NCBI RefSeq assembly: GCF_055900595.2
Contig: NZ_JBVWEU010000003.1
Length of the DNA stretch: 64,000 nucleotides
Direction: 5' to 3' (one strand)
Origin: a plasmid
Of this stretch, positions 1 through 10,349 are shown in pieces; position 1 is the first letter of the stretch; every line of letters starts with the position of its first letter. The notes under the pieces are model-generated. The model saw only the letters and a program-made list of their open reading frames with translations, did no database searches and had not been told where the DNA came from. Position numbers and translations under genes: made by a program.

Positions 1-864
1 CTGAACCAGACCTCATTTACTGAAAGCACATACCGTCAGGTAAAGAACCCGAATCCGGTATTCACACCCCGTGAAGGTGCCGGGACGCTGAAGTTCTGCG
101 AAAAACTGATGGAAAAGGCCGTGGGCTTCACCTCCCGTTTTGATTTTGCCGCGCATGTGGCGTATGCCCGTTCGCGCGGCCTGCGCCGGCGTATGCCGCC
201 GGTGCTGCGCCGCCGGGCGATTGATGCGCTGCTGCAGGGGCTGTGTTTCCACTATGACCCGCTGGCCAACCGCGTGCAGTGCTCCATCACCACGCTGGCC
301 ATTGAGTGCGGACTGGCGACGGAGTCTGAGGCCGGGAAACTCTCCATCACCCGTGCCACCCGTGCCCTGAAGTTCCTGGCTGAGCTGGGGCTGATAACCT
401 ACCAGACGGAATACGACCCGACAATTGGCTGTAATATCCCGACCGACATCACGTTCACGCCGGCACTGTTTGCCTCACTCGATATCTCAGAAGAGGCAGT
501 GGCTTCCGCACGCCGCAGCCGCGTGGAATGGGAAAACAGGCTGCGCAAAAAGCAGGGGCTGGATGCGCTGGGTATGGATGAACTGATAGCGAAAGCCTGG
601 CGTTTTGTGCGCGAGCGTTTCCGCAGTTATCAGGCAGAGCTTAAGTCCCACGGCATGAAACGTGCCCGTGCGCGCCGCGATGCAGGCAGGACCCGTCAGG
701 ACATTGTCACCCTGGTGAAACGGCAGCTGACGCGTGAAATTGCGGAAGGGCGTTTCCGGGGAAGCCTGGAAACCGTGAAGCGCGAAATCGACCGTCGCGT
801 GAAGGAGCGCATGATAATGTCGCGGAACAACAACTACACACGGCTGGCCACAGCCTCACCCTGA
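1..864 (+). CDS. repA: Replication initiator RepA1/RepZ family, 5' end outside window
   Basis: Frame 1 is open from base 1; translation (…[39 protein letters not shown]…RLATASP) matches my recollection of FII/I-complex RepA1 proteins. Confidence 0.85.
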   Translation: MNQTSFTESTYRQVKNPNPVFTPREGAGTLKFCEKLMEKAVGFTSRFDFAAHVAYARSRGLRRRMPPVLRRRAIDALLQGLCFHYDPLANRVQCSITTLAIECGLATESEAGKLSITRATRALKFLAELGLITYQTEYDPTIGCNIPTDITFTPALFASLDISEEAVASARRSRVEWENRLRKKQGLDALGMDELIAKAWRFVRERFRSYQAELKSHGMKRARARRDAGRTRQDIVTLVKRQLTREIAEGRFRGSLETVKREIDRRVKERMIMSRNNNYTRLATASP

Positions 865-899
865 GAGTGACCTCATCTGAATAATCCGGCCTGCGCCGG

Positions 900-1400
900 A
901 GGCTTCCGCACGTCTGAAGCCCGGTGACGCACAAAAAAGCAGCACAGCACACAAAAAACAGCCTCATTATCTGCCTTCCGGCTCGCCTTGCTCCCCCTGT
1001 TTTTCACGCAAAACACGTATCACAGACGGGGAATTCTGTTTATCCACATTTAACTGCAAGGGACTTTTCCGTAAGGTTACAACCGTTCATGCTATAAAGC
1101 GCCAGCCGCAGGCGTTACAGGGTGCAATGTTTCTTTTAAACCCCAGTACTGTATTTCCTTTAAACTACTTAATTACTTCCATTTAAAAAGAAAACCTGTT
1201 CAGTGCCTGTCCTGTGGACAGACAAATATGCACCTCCCACGCTGACGCGCGGGCCCCGAACCTCACCGTTCTGGAACCACAACAAAAAAACATCAGAAAT
1301 AAAAACACCACACAAACGCAGCACCGTGCCCACCCCTCATAACTGAAAAGCGAGGCCGCCCCCGCCCGAAGGGCGGGAACAACATCGCTTTTAATTATGA
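900..1400. other. Putative replication origin region downstream of repA (DnaA box TTATCCACA near 1040-1048, AT-rich stretch near 1140-1200, GC hairpin near 1360-1385)
   Basis: Perfect DnaA-box consensus and adjacent AT-rich tract immediately 3' of repA, as in FII-type oriR; extent not determined. Confidence 0.45.
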
Positions 1401-1819
1401 ATGTTGTAACTACATTATCATCGCTGTCAGTGTTCTGGCTGGAAGTTCTGAGTACACGCTCGTAAGCGGCCCTGACGGCCCGCTAACGCGGAGATACGCC
1501 CCGACTTCGGGTAAACCCTCGTCGGGACCACTCCGACCGCGCACAGAAACTCTCTCATGGCTGAAAGCGGGTATGGTCTGGCAGGGCTGGGGATAGGTAA
1601 GGTGAAATCTATCAATCAGTACCGGCTTACGCCGGGCTTCGGCGGTTTTACTCCTGTGCCATATGTAGCCACATCATGCCGCCTTCCATGCCGCTGGCGC
1701 GGCATATACCGGCAGTACAGCTATCTGTGTTTGATAGTATTTAAAGCGACGTTTTTTTCTTGAACCTGTGTCACTTATAAGAGACAATATACACAGGTTA
1801 AGGGAATGAGGGCGGCAAG

Positions 1820-2155
1820 ATGCCTTACACGGCGAAACGATATCAGACAGAAAACGGTGAGATCCCATACACCGACTGGATGAAAAAATTAAGACGCAAA
1901 GACCAGGCCGCAGCGTTAAAGGTGGATTCCAGAATTGCCCGCGCTATGAGCGGAAATTTCGGAGATCATAAATTTGAAAGGGACGGTGTCTGGGAATTAC
2001 GGATTGATTACGGTCCTGGTTACAGGGTTTATTATTCAATCGAAGATGGCGAAATAATTCTTCTGCTCATTGGCGGGAATAAAAAAACTCAGACAGCCGA
2101 TTTAGATAAAGCCGTTAGTTATCTGCAAGATTTTAAAAAGAGGTCAAAAAAATGA
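1820..2155 (+). CDS. RelE/ParE-superfamily toxin (HigB-like addiction module killer)
   Basis: 111-aa basic protein; 4-bp ATGA overlap with the downstream HTH antitoxin gene; toxin-first order typical of HigBA. Confidence 0.7.
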   Translation: MPYTAKRYQTENGEIPYTDWMKKLRRKDQAAALKVDSRIARAMSGNFGDHKFERDGVWELRIDYGPGYRVYYSIEDGEIILLLIGGNKKTQTADLDKAVSYLQDFKKRSKK

Positions 2156-2502
2156 CAGCCACCAAAAATGTGAAGGCGCAGAAAAATGGTTATCCGGCAT
2201 CCGTTGATCACAATGCCGCCATGATTGAAGAATTGCGCGCAGATCCTGATTATGCAAACGCTTATCTTGCTAATGCCCTGGAAGAAATAAACGAGCCTGG
2301 TGGTTTAGGCGGTTTTCTTGTTGCGCTACGTCAGGTCATCGAGGCGCGAGGGGGGATTTCCGAAGCTGCCAGGAAATCTGGCCTTGCCCGTCAGAGTATT
2401 TACCGCGCATTATCCCCGAACGGGAATCCGACCATCACAACACTTGCACAACTTACATCAGTAGCCGGATTACAGTTCACTCTCAGTAAATCCAGCCACT
2501 AA
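2152..2502 (+). CDS. HTH antitoxin (HigA-like addiction module antidote)
   Basis: 116 aa with a C-terminal HTH-like segment (SGLARQSIYRAL…TITTLAQL); translationally coupled to the toxin. Confidence 0.7.
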   Translation: MTATKNVKAQKNGYPASVDHNAAMIEELRADPDYANAYLANALEEINEPGGLGGFLVALRQVIEARGGISEAARKSGLARQSIYRALSPNGNPTITTLAQLTSVAGLQFTLSKSSH

Positions 2503-2631
2503 TCTCTCCGGTTCCCCCTGAGCGGGGGAATTTCACTGGCACTTATTGCGGGGAACAAAACCATCGGACGGGGGAAACATCTGTATTTCTGTGTGTCCTG
2601 GTGTAATACGGTGGATTTGTGTGTGTCTGGA

Positions 2632-2668
2632 AGCTTAATGCTAATGTATGCGTACATTAGCATTAAGC
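2632..2668. promoter_or_regulatory. Long near-perfect palindrome (GCTTAATGCTAATGTA…TACATTAGCATTAAGC)
   Basis: 16-bp arms read directly from the sequence in the noncoding gap between the TA pair and the finO-like gene. Confidence 0.4.
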
Positions 2669-2844
2669 CTGTTTTCCCGTCGTGTCGGGGTCAGTCTGGG
2701 AAACGTACAATATTGTGTGTTTCTTGCTGTAGGGGAACGAGGTAACGTTTACACACTCGCGAGTGAGCGGATGAAATAATATCTCATTCAGTACTCTTTT
2801 TATCTGCTGCCGTTTTTTCCGGTGATTTTTTTTCTGCATACAGA

Positions 2845-2878
2845 AAAAAAGCCTGCCCGGAGGGCAGGCATGAAAGAC
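2845..2878 (-). terminator. Rho-independent terminator-like hairpin on minus strand
   Basis: GCCTGCCC-TCCG-GGCAGGC stem followed by a T-run when read on the minus strand. Confidence 0.35.
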
Positions 2879-3220
2879 AATCGCACAGTCAGTGTTGAAA
2901 TTAATGATGTCACGCATTTTCCCGGCGGATACACAAACCATCCCGGCCAGTACCGGCGGCATCGTAATCAACGTCTGCGGGCTGTGCAATGCTCTTTTTG
3001 CTGATTTAAGATAAAGTTATTACAGCCCCTGACGGAGACGAAAACAACGGCAGACAATATACGGGAAATATAATCAGACCGTTTTAATATTATTTCCAGG
3101 AACGCGACGAAGTCAGGCAGATTTATATATTTCTGGCCGGGCTGACATTCCGGATTGGTGTATATAATAATACGTTTGTGATATATTTATAATCGGTTTT
3201 ATTATGTTGCCGGGGTATTT

Positions 3221-3844
3221 ATGGCCAGGAATCAGGAAAAGAAAACGCCCGTCATTGTGGTGAAAAAACGTCGCGTTATTTCACCTCCTGTCGTCGATAA
3301 AACAGAGACTGTCATTCCGCCTGTACCGGAAGTGGCGGTACCACCGGCAGCTGCTGATGCGCAGCTGCCAGCCCCCATCCCGGATGCGTCTCCTGCGCCT
3401 GCTGCCGTCGGAAAGAAAAGGAAAGGAAGACCACCACGCAGGCTCCTCAGAGAGCACTGGACACGGGAGTTCACCGACCAGTGCATGGAAAAGGTCAAGG
3501 CAATTTTCCCGCATCTTCGCGCTGAAGGCGGCGGTTTTCTGCCTCTCAGGGTCGGTATCTCCCGCGATATTACTGCCTGGCTGGCTGAGCACCCTGAAGC
3601 CGGACTCACCCGGGATGAATGGGACTGTGCCGTATCCTGTATCACCTCCCGGCGTGTCTATCTGTTGCGTACCGCTGTCACCGGTGCCACCCGCTATGAC
3701 CTCGATGGTAAGCCTGCCGGGCAGGTTTCTGAGGATGAGGCAAAAAATGCTCAGCGCTGGCTGGCCATCCGGGACCGCCGGTGGGAGAAAAAACAGGCCG
3801 CTCTGGCCGGGGCAACAGGCGGGGAGAATACGACCGCAAAATGA
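3221..3844 (+). CDS. FinO/ProQ-like RNA chaperone domain protein (tentative)
   Basis: 207 aa; Pro/Ala-rich N-terminus with basic KKRKGRPPRR patch, then a C-terminal domain that resembles FinO by pattern; family assignment is from memory only. Confidence 0.4.
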   Translation: MARNQEKKTPVIVVKKRRVISPPVVDKTETVIPPVPEVAVPPAAADAQLPAPIPDASPAPAAVGKKRKGRPPRRLLREHWTREFTDQCMEKVKAIFPHLRAEGGGFLPLRVGISRDITAWLAEHPEAGLTRDEWDCAVSCITSRRVYLLRTAVTGATRYDLDGKPAGQVSEDEAKNAQRWLAIRDRRWEKKQAALAGATGGENTTAK

Positions 3845-3947
3845 CTCAGCTCCCGGCCGGGCAAGCCCGTCACTCTCCGACCGCCGAACCGCAGGTTGTC
3901 ATTGACTGGCTGGCCAGAAGCTGGGGCTGGTTGCCCGCGCCATGCTG

Positions 3948-4931
3948 TTACTGTTTACGGTGCTGATTCCCTTCGCCGTAAATTTGACAATCTCCGCGCC
4001 CGGGGTGCGGAGATTGTCGCTCGTTATATGGTTTGAATGCCTGTTTTTGCTGTTTCATTTCATTTATCAAAAAATCAGTAAATGCTCTTACTTTGGGGGA
4101 CAATTGCCTGTTAGTCGGCCACATTATCATTAAGTCTCCAAAAGGGGCCATGAACTCGGTCAACACGGGATATAATTCACGTGATTCTAATGCATCATGA
4201 GCAACATATATGGGAAGGTGGGCCAGACCTAACCCATTTACTGCTGCATATAACCCCGCGTATGTGTTATTGAAAATGAAGTTTTGAGGTAGTGTTATAT
4301 TTTTATATGGTGGAATGAATGACCATGGAGCGATCTTTCCATTAGATGGATATTTAAAATGAATACAGCTATGTTCTGATAATTCCGATGGGATTTGTGG
4401 AGCGCCATATCTGTCTAAATAGGAGTAACTACCACATACAACGAAATGTTGCTTCCCTATATATCTGCTTACTAACCTTGAGTCTACGGGATTACCGCTT
4501 CTTATTGCTATATCTATACCTTCTTTTATGATATCCACAACATGGTCTTCAAAGTCAATATCTAAATGGATTTCAGGATATAATAAATTAAACTTTGATA
4601 TTAACGGCATTAATAGTTTATGCCCAAATATATGAGGTGCTGTGATGTGCAAGGTTCCCCTGGGAGTACACATATTTGATGAAATGATTTCTTTTGCACT
4701 ATATAGTTCATCTAATATTAAACAGCATCGTTCATAAAACAAGAAACCATTTTCTGTTAAACTAATACTTCTTGTTGTTCTATGGAAAAGTCTTGTTCCA
4801 AGTTCATCTTCCAGCTTTGATATACTTTTTGCAATAGCGGAGGGAGATAGCCCAAGAACTCTGGCAGCTTGTGCGTAGCTATTATGTTTTACCGCATATA
4901 CAAATGCGGTTATACCTTGGAAACCCTTCAT
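3948..4931 (-). CDS. LysR-family transcriptional regulator
   Basis: N-terminal HTH (YAQAARVLGLSPSAIAKSISKLEDELG…LFHRTTR) plus ~300-aa co-inducer domain; divergent from the adjacent operon; AT-rich codon usage. Confidence 0.85.
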   Translation of the reverse strand: MKGFQGITAFVYAVKHNSYAQAARVLGLSPSAIAKSISKLEDELGTRLFHRTTRSISLTENGFLFYERCCLILDELYSAKEIISSNMCTPRGTLHITAPHIFGHKLLMPLISKFNLLYPEIHLDIDFEDHVVDIIKEGIDIAIRSGNPVDSRLVSRYIGKQHFVVCGSYSYLDRYGAPQIPSELSEHSCIHFKYPSNGKIAPWSFIPPYKNITLPQNFIFNNTYAGLYAAVNGLGLAHLPIYVAHDALESRELYPVLTEFMAPFGDLMIMWPTNRQLSPKVRAFTDFLINEMKQQKQAFKPYNERQSPHPGRGDCQIYGEGNQHRKQ

Positions 4932-5053
4932 GATAACTAATATCTGGATTAGTGAAAAAGAGTCATGATTATAATGACTGAATTTGATATTTACAATGGG
5001 GGGAGGGGTAATAAAATCAAATCGCCAGTAATATGATTTCTCTGTAAATAGTA

Positions 5054-5906
5054 ATGGTAGGTATATTTATGAGTTACATGCCCAAGAAAATTGAAGGGGC
5101 TTCTGTTGATGAGCTTGTGCTAAAAGGGGTTAAGCATATTATTAATAATGGCGAGAGAATATCCTCAAGAGCTGGAGGGGCTATTCAGGATTACGGAGTT
5201 ATATATGTTTTGTCCGATCCCCTAAACAGAGTTCATTCCTTGAGAAACGGAGCTATGAGGTATTTTGCAAGAGAGTTGATTGCCTATTTTTCAGGGAGTC
5301 TAAAGGTTGAGGATGGATTGGCTAAGGCATCAAAGTTTTGGGCATCGCTTGCAGATGAGAACGGGAATATAAACTCAAACTATGGATACTATGTGTTCCA
5401 TGAGAAAATAGATAAATATACAAATCAATATAATTGGGCTAAATGTGTCTTGTTAAAAAACAAAGATACCAGACGAGCCATAATCAATATAAATCAGGTT
5501 CGTCATAAGTCTGACACGAAAGATTTTCCCTGTACTGTAAGTATTCAGTTTTATATTAAAGATAATGAGTTGTACTGCGAAACTAATTCTCGAAGCACAG
5601 ATATTATAACAGGATTGCCATATGATATGGGATTTTTTTTCGTTTGTTCATGAGTTAATGTGGAAAGATCTTATCGAGAATGGATTGGAAGATTTGAAAC
5701 TTGGACCAACTATAATGAAAACAACATTTACTCAGATTTATGATAAAACAATAAATAAAGCATATGAAATTCTGAATAATGAATGTAATGATCTTAATGT
5801 TATAAATATGCCAAGTGTAATATCTGCTCAGGATACTTTAAATGATATAATGTCAGGAAGTTCGAAAACGGATGTTGTTAAGTGGATATATAAATATGCA
5901 GAGTAA
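5054..5906 (+). pseudogene. Thymidylate synthase-family enzyme (ThyA / dNMP C5-hydroxymethylase-like), split by a +1 frameshift in a T8 run near 5633-5640
   Basis: ORFs 5054..5653 and 5622..5906 together align with ThyA: DTRRAI versus DSRR, FPCT versus catalytic PCH, GLPYDMGFFSFVHELMW versus GLPFNIASYALLVHMM. Seven T's would restore a single ~280-aa frame. Confidence 0.7.
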
Positions 5907-6438
5907 AAAGAAAATATTCTTAACATCAAACAATCCAGCTAAAGTAGAAGCTGTCAAAATAGTTTGTTCTAAATTATTTGATGTTTTTTCTATCAAGCAT
6001 GAGGATATAGCGTCAGGTGTTAGTGATACTCCATTTACAGATGATGAGGCTATTTTAGGATGTTATACAAGAATTAATTCATCTGAGCATAATTTAAGTG
6101 AGCATGTGGATTACATTATTGCATTAGAAGGATTGATAGAGAAAAAATCATTTGGACAATTTGTTTATGGATGGGCTGTTATAAAGGAAATGGAAAGTTC
6201 GAGTTTTTTTTATGGATGTAGTGGGAAAGTTTATTTGCCAAATCGTGTTATGCAAAAGATGTCTTCCCAGAAAAGATTGTCTGATGTTGTTCTTGAGTTG
6301 TATCCAGGAACAAGTGCTGATGAGTTAAAGTTGATAGGAACGAATGGTGTATTGACCGGTGGACTATATACGAGAGCGATGGAGTTCGAGACAGCTTTAT
6401 TGTGTGCTTTCGGTTCTATGATGACAAGTAAAGTTTAA
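5896..6438 (+). CDS. YjjX-like non-canonical purine NTP phosphatase (inosine/xanthosine triphosphatase family)
   Basis: Aligns along its length with my recollection of E. coli YjjX (NNPAKVEAV; SGVSDTPF; YGWAVIKE; C-terminal GVLTGGLYTRA). Start taken at the internal ATG (MQSKKK). Confidence 0.6.
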   Translation: MQSKKKIFLTSNNPAKVEAVKIVCSKLFDVFSIKHEDIASGVSDTPFTDDEAILGCYTRINSSEHNLSEHVDYIIALEGLIEKKSFGQFVYGWAVIKEMESSSFFYGCSGKVYLPNRVMQKMSSQKRLSDVVLELYPGTSADELKLIGTNGVLTGGLYTRAMEFETALLCAFGSMMTSKV

Positions 6439-6453
6439 AAAAAAGGTGATATT

Positions 6454-7734
6454 ATGTTATTTAAAAAAGTAAATTTTCTTGATCATCATGATATGAGCTT
6501 TAGAAGAGGTGATATCCGTGTGATGGGTAATATGATCGTACAAATAGATGATGATCTGCAACCTATTGGAGATGAAGAGTTTGTTACATTGGATCATATG
6601 ATTGTTTTACCTGGGATTGTAAATGCACATCTACATCCAAGTAAGGAGATATATGGATGTTTATATGAATCAATGAACATAAATGATGTTCTTAACTCTG
6701 TTCATAAAAACAATAAAATGGAAACATCTGATGTGCAGTTTTTGTCTTCAACTAAAGCGTTAGTAAATGCATTAAAGAAAGGTGTTACAACATTAGGGTT
6801 ATTTACTAGTAGAGTTGATAGCGATTATGTTGCTGCTAAATGTGTTGGTGGGCGTTATGTTATAAATTTTTGTCAGAGTAATTACTGGTGCGCTGATGGT
6901 GTTCCTCCTGAAAGAATAGAGATCAGAGATATTATTAAAAACTACGATTTATATAGTAAACAAAAAAATGATTCTAAGATAATATTCTCAGCTGCAACAG
7001 CTTCTGAGTTATCTGCTGATGACCAATTGATCAAAAAATGTCATGATTATGCAGCAAGTAACAATTCAAGGTTTTTTATCCACATACATGAAGGTGCTGA
7101 ACAGGTTGCAAAACATAAATTACATTTTAATGAAAGTGGCATTAGTCGATTGTTTAGACTAGGGGTTTTAGATGAATATACAACTCTAATCCATGCAACT
7201 CATCTCTTGGATAGTGATCTTGATATTATTACCAGATCTCACTGTAATATAATTCATTGCCCTGTGAGTAATAGCTTTGTTACAGCGGGAACAATGCCAT
7301 TAAGAAAAATGATATCAGTAAATAGATTTGTTGGATTGGGTACTGATGCAGCTATGGTTAATCCAGTTAATGACATTACATTTGATGCACTTTTTGCTCT
7401 ATATCATCATGGTGACAGAAATTCTAACTTGAAAGTATCTGCCAGTGAAATAATAAATATGATCACATTTAAAGGAGCTGGAGCATTAGGATTGGATAAT
7501 ATAGGACTAATTAAAGCTGGTTATAAAGCAGATCTTATTTTTTTTGACTTGGAGAATATTGATGGCGATTATATAAATACGCCCGTATCTATATTGAAAA
7601 TGTTGCATAAAGAAACACCTATACATGTAATGGTTGATGGCAAGTTTATTATATACGAACATATGTTCGTGAATTGTAATTTTAATGATGAGCTTGAAAA
7701 ATACGCTTCTTTAAAAAAAGAGATTGTGAAATGA
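6454..7734 (+). CDS. Metal-dependent amidohydrolase-superfamily deaminase (cytosine/guanine/MTA-deaminase-like)
   Basis: 426 aa with N-terminal HxH metal motif (VNAHLHP) and downstream HATHL, HCPVSN, GLGTDA motifs typical of nucleobase or nucleoside deaminases. Confidence 0.75.
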   Translation: MLFKKVNFLDHHDMSFRRGDIRVMGNMIVQIDDDLQPIGDEEFVTLDHMIVLPGIVNAHLHPSKEIYGCLYESMNINDVLNSVHKNNKMETSDVQFLSSTKALVNALKKGVTTLGLFTSRVDSDYVAAKCVGGRYVINFCQSNYWCADGVPPERIEIRDIIKNYDLYSKQKNDSKIIFSAATASELSADDQLIKKCHDYAASNNSRFFIHIHEGAEQVAKHKLHFNESGISRLFRLGVLDEYTTLIHATHLLDSDLDIITRSHCNIIHCPVSNSFVTAGTMPLRKMISVNRFVGLGTDAAMVNPVNDITFDALFALYHHGDRNSNLKVSASEIINMITFKGAGALGLDNIGLIKAGYKADLIFFDLENIDGDYINTPVSILKMLHKETPIHVMVDGKFIIYEHMFVNCNFNDELEKYASLKKEIVK

Positions 7735-8339
7735 AAAATGTTGCATTTATTTTTTCAGGGAGAGGTAGTCTCGTTACAACTGTTTTGGATGCTATTAGAG
7801 ATAGTAAGACACAATCCAGATTATCCTTAATGATTACAAATAATGTCGAGTTTGATGAGAAATTTACCCCTAAGGGTGTTGATTTGGTTGTTTTAGACCG
7901 GAATGAGTATGTGAAAAGGAATGATTTTGAGAAAAAGATAATATTTGAGTTGAAAAAAAGAAATATTAGCTTAGTTATTCTTGGAGGTTTTAAATTCATT
8001 TTTTCAGAAAAATATGTTGATCTTTTTGGAAACATTACAATAAATACACATCCATCATTACTTCCTGCTTTTCCTGGAGATAAGGCGCAACAAAGGGCTT
8101 TAGCTAAAGGAGTTATATATACTGGTGCAACAATTCATTTTATAAATGAGCATGTTGATGATGGACCTATTATTGACCAAGAGGTTGTCAGGGTTGAAGA
8201 GGGTATGACGGAGTATGAGCTAAAGGAACAAATTATTGAAGTTGAAAAGATAATGATTTACAGATCTGTTAAGGCATTTCTCGACGGAAGATTATATTTA
8301 AAAAACAATCAGGTTATATATGGGGTTGATGATGTATAA
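7731..8339 (+). CDS. PurN-like formyltransferase (GAR transformylase fold)
   Basis: 202 aa; N-terminal FIFSGRGS, NTHPSLLPAFPG (Asn/His catalytic pair) and DDGPIIDQ (catalytic Asp) match the PurN family; ATGA overlap with the upstream gene. Confidence 0.8.
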   Translation: MKNVAFIFSGRGSLVTTVLDAIRDSKTQSRLSLMITNNVEFDEKFTPKGVDLVVLDRNEYVKRNDFEKKIIFELKKRNISLVILGGFKFIFSEKYVDLFGNITINTHPSLLPAFPGDKAQQRALAKGVIYTGATIHFINEHVDDGPIIDQEVVRVEEGMTEYELKEQIIEVEKIMIYRSVKAFLDGRLYLKNNQVIYGVDDV

Positions 8340-9519
8340 GATCAAAAATGATATACTTGCAGCTAGTTGTGTTGCCAGTATTCTGTTTGTGGCTATTATA
8401 TGTTTAGGATTGTCACTGGCAATATTACCCTTGTTTGTGAATAAAATATTACACTTGTCGCCTTTATTCGTTGGAGGAGTTATCTCTGTTGAGTCGATCT
8501 CTACATTGTTATCAAGAGCATCTTCTGGACGGTATTCAGATAAAAATGGCCCCAAAAAAGGAATGATTGCTGGTCTTACATTGATTGTTTTATCTGGTGT
8601 TCTTGTTTGTATATCTTTTGTTCTTAAAGAGAACGTTATTGCTTCATATATAGTGCTTATTATATCACGTATTATTATGGGGGTTGGTGAGAGTTTGGTT
8701 TTTACATGTAGCGGCACATGGCCTATAGGACTGGTTGGCAGGGAACATGCCGGGAAAATAATGTCATGGGTGGGGATTGCTATGTTCATGGGGCTGGCTT
8801 TAGGAAACTATATTGGTGTCTGGTCATTCTATAAATATAATATTATGGTGTCGGCCATTAGTATTACATTGTTTCCATTATTAGGGTTTATTATTGTCTG
8901 TATTGTCAGAAGTGTTCACTATCATCCCGATGTTATTTCTCCATCAATTGTTTATGGCATAAGAAAAATATGGAGAGCAGGAACAGGTTTTGCTCTCGCA
9001 AATATAGGATATGCATCAATCACCACATTTTTAGTTTTGCTTTTTATCGATAATGACTGGGGGAGATATAGTGCTCTTGGTTTATCTCTTTTTGGTATTG
9101 GGTATGTTACTTCCCGCTTAACAATAGGATGGGCGGCCGATCATGTAGGGTTAAAAACAACAATATTTTCACTTGGTCTTGAAGCTTTAGGATTATTATT
9201 TGTTGGTTTGTCAGTTAATATGTATCTGTCTATGTTTGGGGCTTTCTTAACAGGCTTCGGATTATCAATGGTGTATCCACTGTTGGCATTACCTGCAATT
9301 AAAAACATGCCAGAAGAAAATATTGGATTTGCAATTAGCCTTTATGAATCATGCTTTGATATTGGCATACTCATTTCCGGTTTTTTAGGCGGTCTGATTG
9401 TATCTTGCTTTGGGCTTCAATATATATTTTACTTTTCTTTTATATGTTGTCTGATCGCGATTCCTCTTTCTGTTATGGCATATCAGGTATCATCCACGTT
9501 AAATAAAGAATGCAGATAA
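8320..9519 (+). CDS. MFS transporter (likely efflux)
   Basis: 399 aa, about 12 predicted hydrophobic helices with glycine-rich loops; overlaps the purN-like stop, so probably co-transcribed. Confidence 0.8.
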   Translation: MGLMMYKIKNDILAASCVASILFVAIICLGLSLAILPLFVNKILHLSPLFVGGVISVESISTLLSRASSGRYSDKNGPKKGMIAGLTLIVLSGVLVCISFVLKENVIASYIVLIISRIIMGVGESLVFTCSGTWPIGLVGREHAGKIMSWVGIAMFMGLALGNYIGVWSFYKYNIMVSAISITLFPLLGFIIVCIVRSVHYHPDVISPSIVYGIRKIWRAGTGFALANIGYASITTFLVLLFIDNDWGRYSALGLSLFGIGYVTSRLTIGWAADHVGLKTTIFSLGLEALGLLFVGLSVNMYLSMFGAFLTGFGLSMVYPLLALPAIKNMPEENIGFAISLYESCFDIGILISGFLGGLIVSCFGLQYIFYFSFICCLIAIPLSVMAYQVSSTLNKECR

Positions 9520-9529
9520 ATCGGACAAC

Positions 9530-9793
9530 TTGTATGCTGCCAGGATGTTGAAATACTTCTGCTGTGACTGCCAGCACGGTACATTGTACGAAGGGACTCG
9601 GGGGGATACTGTGATGTTGCATGAGGATTTTCAGGAGCTTGAGCAGCCGGGGCCGGACAATGTGCAGGAATTTGAAGAGAAACGGCGGGATGAACTCAAC
9701 CTGCTCTATGTGGCGGCCACGCGGGCCCGGAAGACGCTTGTTCTGAACAGTGTACTTCGCCAGATTCTGGCAAACAGTCGCTTCACCGGATGA
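9530..9793 (+). pseudogene. C-terminal remnant of a UvrD/Rep-like helicase
   Basis: 87-aa ORF ends with the helicase C-terminal motif LNLLYVAATRARKTLVL; no N-terminal ATPase domain upstream; composition jumps back to GC-rich exactly here. Confidence 0.45.
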
Positions 9794-10054
9794 TTGCCTG
9801 GCCGTGACGAAAACAGCATGATACCGGTACTGGAACCGTGTTTTCAGGGAGTACCGGATATGTGGTTTTTTTCGACAGTTCTGTTTCTGCTCATTGTTAT
9901 CTGTTGCGTGGCTGGCGTTGTGAATGCACTGGCGGTGCAGCGTGAATTACATGCACGCAGGGAGCAGGAATATCATGCCCGGATACGCGCGGAGACAGGT
10001 GAGCGTATCCGGCGGGAATGGTATGAGCAGTGCCGACAGAAAAGAACACAATAA
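9794..10054 (+). CDS. Hypothetical small membrane protein
   Basis: One hydrophobic helix (FFSTVLFLLIVICCVAGVV) followed by a charged tail; no recognisable family. Confidence 0.3.
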   Translation: MPGRDENSMIPVLEPCFQGVPDMWFFSTVLFLLIVICCVAGVVNALAVQRELHARREQEYHARIRAETGERIRREWYEQCRQKRTQ

Positions 10055-10349
10055 ATAAAAACAGCGGTTACGAAGCAAAATGCATCGTGAGAGTACATTC
10101 AGTTATTTTTTGTTATTTTGTTTTTTATAAAACAAAATAACAGGCATGGTTAATGCGAGGTGTTTTATAGAAAAATGCCCTCAGAGGAGATAGTGAGGGC
10201 ATAAAGTAAAAACCGATTCGATGGATAGTCTGTTAATTATAATTTTAAATGGAAATTTTAAAACATGCAGAAACAGGATACAAACCGAAAGATAAAAAAT
10301 GTGATACAGAAAACAGAATATCACTATATCACGGTCAGCATGATGGCTG

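Noticed and set aside
1-108. Antisense copy-number control RNA of the replicon
   Set aside because: In this replicon type it is expected upstream of repA, which lies outside the window; nothing inside the window can be assigned to it.
140-370. Alternative-frame ORF inside repA
   Set aside because: Overlaps the RepA1 frame; Cys/Arg-rich low-complexity product.
3357-3905. 182-aa plus-strand ORF overlapping the finO-like gene in another frame
   Set aside because: Out-of-frame overlap with a better-supported ORF; Ser/Pro-rich product.
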